64,000 nucleotides of DNA, taken from contig JADJHU010000018.1 of assembly GCA_016707425.1 (NCBI GenBank), forward strand, positions 11,980-75,979, read 5' to 3'. Shown here one piece after another: positions 61,860 to 64,000 of this stretch. The position numbers and the translations under genes are program-made. This DNA comes from Gammaproteobacteria bacterium (GTDB lineage Bacteria; Pseudomonadota; Gammaproteobacteria; Steroidobacterales; Steroidobacteraceae). Below the pieces are notes generated by a model. That model had not been told where the DNA came from. It did not search any database and saw only the letters and a list, made by a program, of their open reading frames with translations. Every line of letters begins with the position of its first letter. Position 1 is the stretch's first letter.

Positions 61860-64000
61860 ATGAGAGAGCGACATTTCCGTTCGATCGTTGTGGCTGGTGT
61901 CTATGGAGCGGCAAGCGCGGTTGCTGCCGCACAAGGGGCGCAGGCGCAGATCTCCGACTCCCAGGGGGAGACTCTTGGGTTGCAGGAGGTGACGGTGACG
62001 GCGCGGCGCCAGGAGGAATCCCTGCAAAAGGCGCCAGTGGCGGTGACGGCCGTCAGCGGGGAAGTGCTGGACCAGATGAACATCCAGGACGTCACCCGGG
62101 TCTCTGAACTGACGCCCAACCTCACGATTGCGCACCAGACGGCGAGCACGACGTCGTCATCGATCCAGATTCGGGGCATTGGACAGAGCGAACCCGCAGC
62201 GACTGCGGAGCAGGCAGTCGGGATCTATCTCGATGGCGTGTACATTGCCCGTACCTCGGGCGCGATCTTCGATCTCGTCGACCTCGAGCGCATCGAGGTG
62301 CTCAGGGGACCGCAAGGAACATTGTTCGGTCGTAACACGCCGGGCGGTGCGGTGCAGCTGATCTCGAAGAAGCCGGCTGAGACCTTCGGCATCGAAGAGA
62401 AGCTCAGCTATGGGCGATTCAACGACTGGTACAGCCGCACCCGGATCGATACAGGGCGTCTCTTCGGTTCGCCGGTGAAGGCCACGGTGGCCTATTTGCA
62501 TCGCCAGCGCGATGGATACGTGGACAATATACTTGCGCCATCCGACAAGGACCCGGGTTCCTTCGACAACAATGCCGTATGGCTGGCGCTTGCGGGGGAC
62601 CTCACGGACGGCTTCCACGCCGCATTTACGTTCGACTGGAATCAGCGCAGCGGGGCTCCGGTGTTCTTTCAACTGACGGCGGCATCACCGGACGCGACCG
62701 CTTACTACGGACGCTCTGCGGCCCTGGGTGGTGCGCCATTCACCGTCACGCGGGAGTTCCGGCGCACGGTCGAGCAGGCGTCATTCGATGGCCGCTTTCT
62801 CGCCAAGTCCGAGAGTCTCGGCTACAACCTGACACTTCAGGGGAATCTCAGCGATTCACTGACGCTCAAGTCGATCAGTGCCTATCGATCCTATCGGCAG
62901 GACACGACGGGCGTCCAGACCGGCAATGGCGTGATGCGTGGGATCGTGATGGATCCGGTGACCTTCGCCACGAGCGTGGGCGACGTTTATGGTCCCTACA
63001 GTCAGTTTCATTCGCCGCAGCCGCAGTCCCAGTATTCAGAGGAGCTGCAATTGCTTGGGACGGCGGGCCATTGGAGCTACATCGCGGGCCTATTCTATTT
63101 TCACGAGCGCGCCGCGGAGTATAACCATCAACGATTCACGTTCGTGCTGCCTGGGGGCGGGGCCGCGATGAATCTGTCGGCCGTGCAGGCGTTTGGCGGC
63201 GAGACGGAATCCGTGGCCGGCTTCGGACAGGTGAGCTATCGACCTGCGGCACTCCAGGATCGCCTCGAACTCACGGGAGGGTTGAGATATACACAGGATG
63301 ACAAGAAGTTCTGGTCATGGGCGTTTCCCGCGGATCCGGGTGCCAGGAATTTCACGAACACGTCATGGCTTGCCTCGGCGAGCTATCAGTTTTCCGACAA
63401 CGTCATGTCCTTCATGCGTGTATCGACGGGGTACAAGGCGGGTGGCTTTTCGCCACGATCAGACGTGCGGGCGAGTTTCAAACCAGAGGAGGCGACGGCC
63501 TACGAGCTGGGATTGAAGGGCGAGTGGTGGGACCGACGGGTACGCACCAATCTCTCGGTGTTCCAGACGGATTACAAGGATCTTCAGGTTCCCGTGTTTC
63601 GTGCGGGTTCCGGAGGGTTGAGCTCGATCGTCACGAACGCCGGTGAGGCCACCATCAGGGGGTTCGAAGTCGAGGCTGTCGCGAGAGTCGCCGAGGGACT
63701 CACCATTAATGCATCCTACGGCTACATCGATCCGAAGTATGACAAGTACATGTACCGGGATCCGGTTACCGATCTGCTGGTGAATGTCGCTGATCGGGCT
63801 CGATTCATAAACGTGGCGAAGAACAGCCTGCATGCGGGCGTGGAGTACGTGGCACGGCCATTCCGAATTGGGCAGTTCTCGGCCAGTGCCGACTGGTTCG
63901 ATCGGAGCGAGCGATACTTCTTCCCGCTGGATTTCGTCAGTGTCTTCAATGAGCAGGTGAAGGACCCCGGTACCGAGAACCTTCGCGTGCGCCTCGCATT
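61860..64000 (+). CDS. TonB-dependent receptor (TBDR3), 3' end beyond window
   Basis: Not in the track because there is no stop before the window end. My translation from ATG 61860 gives MRERHFRSIVVAGVYGAASAVAAAQG...LQEVTVTARRQEESLQKAPVAVTAV...ERIEVLRGPQGTLFGRNTPGGAVQLISKKP.... No track ORF occupies this frame downstream. Close paralogue of TBDR1. Confidence 0.85.
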   Translation, partial: MRERHFRSIVVAGVYGAASAVAAAQGAQAQISDSQGETLGLQEVTVTARRQEESLQKAPVAVTAVSGEVLDQMNIQDVTRVSELTPNLTIAHQTASTTSSSIQIRGIGQSEPAATAEQAVGIYLDGVYIARTSGAIFDLVDLERIEVLRGPQGTLFGRNTPGGAVQLISKKPAETFGIEEKLSYGRFNDWYSRTRIDTGRLFGSPVKATVAYLHRQRDGYVDNILAPSDKDPGSFDNNAVWLALAGDLTDGFHAAFTFDWNQRSGAPVFFQLTAASPDATAYYGRSAALGGAPFTVTREFRRTVEQASFDGRFLAKSESLGYNLTLQGNLSDSLTLKSISAYRSYRQDTTGVQTGNGVMRGIVMDPVTFATSVGDVYGPYSQFHSPQPQSQYSEELQLLGTAGHWSYIAGLFYFHERAAEYNHQRFTFVLPGGGAAMNLSAVQAFGGETESVAGFGQVSYRPAALQDRLELTGGLRYTQDDKKFWSWAFPADPGARNFTNTSWLASASYQFSDNVMSFMRVSTGYKAGGFSPRSDVRASFKPEEATAYELGLKGEWWDRRVRTNLSVFQTDYKDLQVPVFRAGSGGLSSIVTNAGEATIRGFEVEAVARVAEGLTINASYGYIDPKYDKYMYRDPVTDLLVNVADRARFINVAKNSLHAGVEYVARPFRIGQFSASADWFDRSERYFFPLDFVSVFNEQVKDPGTENLRVRLA

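Noticed and set aside
1-64000. Search for CRISPR arrays, tRNA/rRNA genes, IS elements, integrases, prophage or defence-system genes
   Set aside because: I saw no direct-repeat/spacer periodicity, cloverleaf-like conserved tRNA boxes, transposase or integrase motifs, or nuclease/ATPase defence signatures in any plausible ORF. The novelty here appears to be metabolic, not defence-related.
5085-64000. TBDR1 and TBDR3 as direct repeats that bound a mobile or amplifiable 54-kb unit
   Set aside because: The nucleotide sequences differ at many synonymous positions, with no long identical DNA stretches. No mobility genes or target-site duplications are visible.

Overview
High-GC, gene-dense chromosomal segment with about 55 protein-coding genes. 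I saw no rRNA, tRNA, CRISPR array, transposase or integrase. A CTGT-N8-ACAG LexA box suggests a beta- or gammaproteobacterium. From left to right: (i) F420 biosynthesis genes cofG (cut by the window edge) and cofC, diverging from a luciferase-like (LLM) oxidoreductase. (ii) A visibly lower-GC acyl-CoA synthetase/VOC pair and a TonB-dependent receptor (TBDR). (iii) An SOS mutagenesis cassette, imuA-imuB-dnaE2, with a LexA box and a trailing methyltransferase. (iv) A very long accessory catabolic region (13.3-64 kb). It holds 3 periplasmic Cys-type arylsulfatases, 1 MBL alkylsulfatase-like protein and 2 cytoplasmic sulfotransferases. It also holds 3 TBDRs in total, 7 SDRs, 7 NTF2/SnoaL-like genes (one of them a tandem-domain fusion), 3 LLM (probably F420) oxidoreductases and 2 OYE-type flavoproteins. 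Further genes are acyl-CoA dehydrogenase, CoA-transferase, an APH-like kinase, a PQQ dehydrogenase, a Nu-class GST, DUF3604, 4 TetR regulators, and a parvulin/HupE-UreJ/AhpD-like block. The most interesting content is a four-member protein family I cannot place (here called DUFx). Each copy sits in a TBDR, sulfatase or sulfotransferase module, and the copies carry different export signals (Tat, Sec or none). Sequence-level oddities are a 28-nt and a 12-nt poly-C tract in a C-rich, T-poor 400-nt spacer, at least four single-nucleotide frameshifts, and one compensated out-of-frame patch in otherwise intact genes. These could be assembly error or real decay. Start codons are my proposals: the ORF track uses the longest ATG/GTG/TTG ORF, and many track ORFs are antisense or out-of-frame artefacts of the high GC content.
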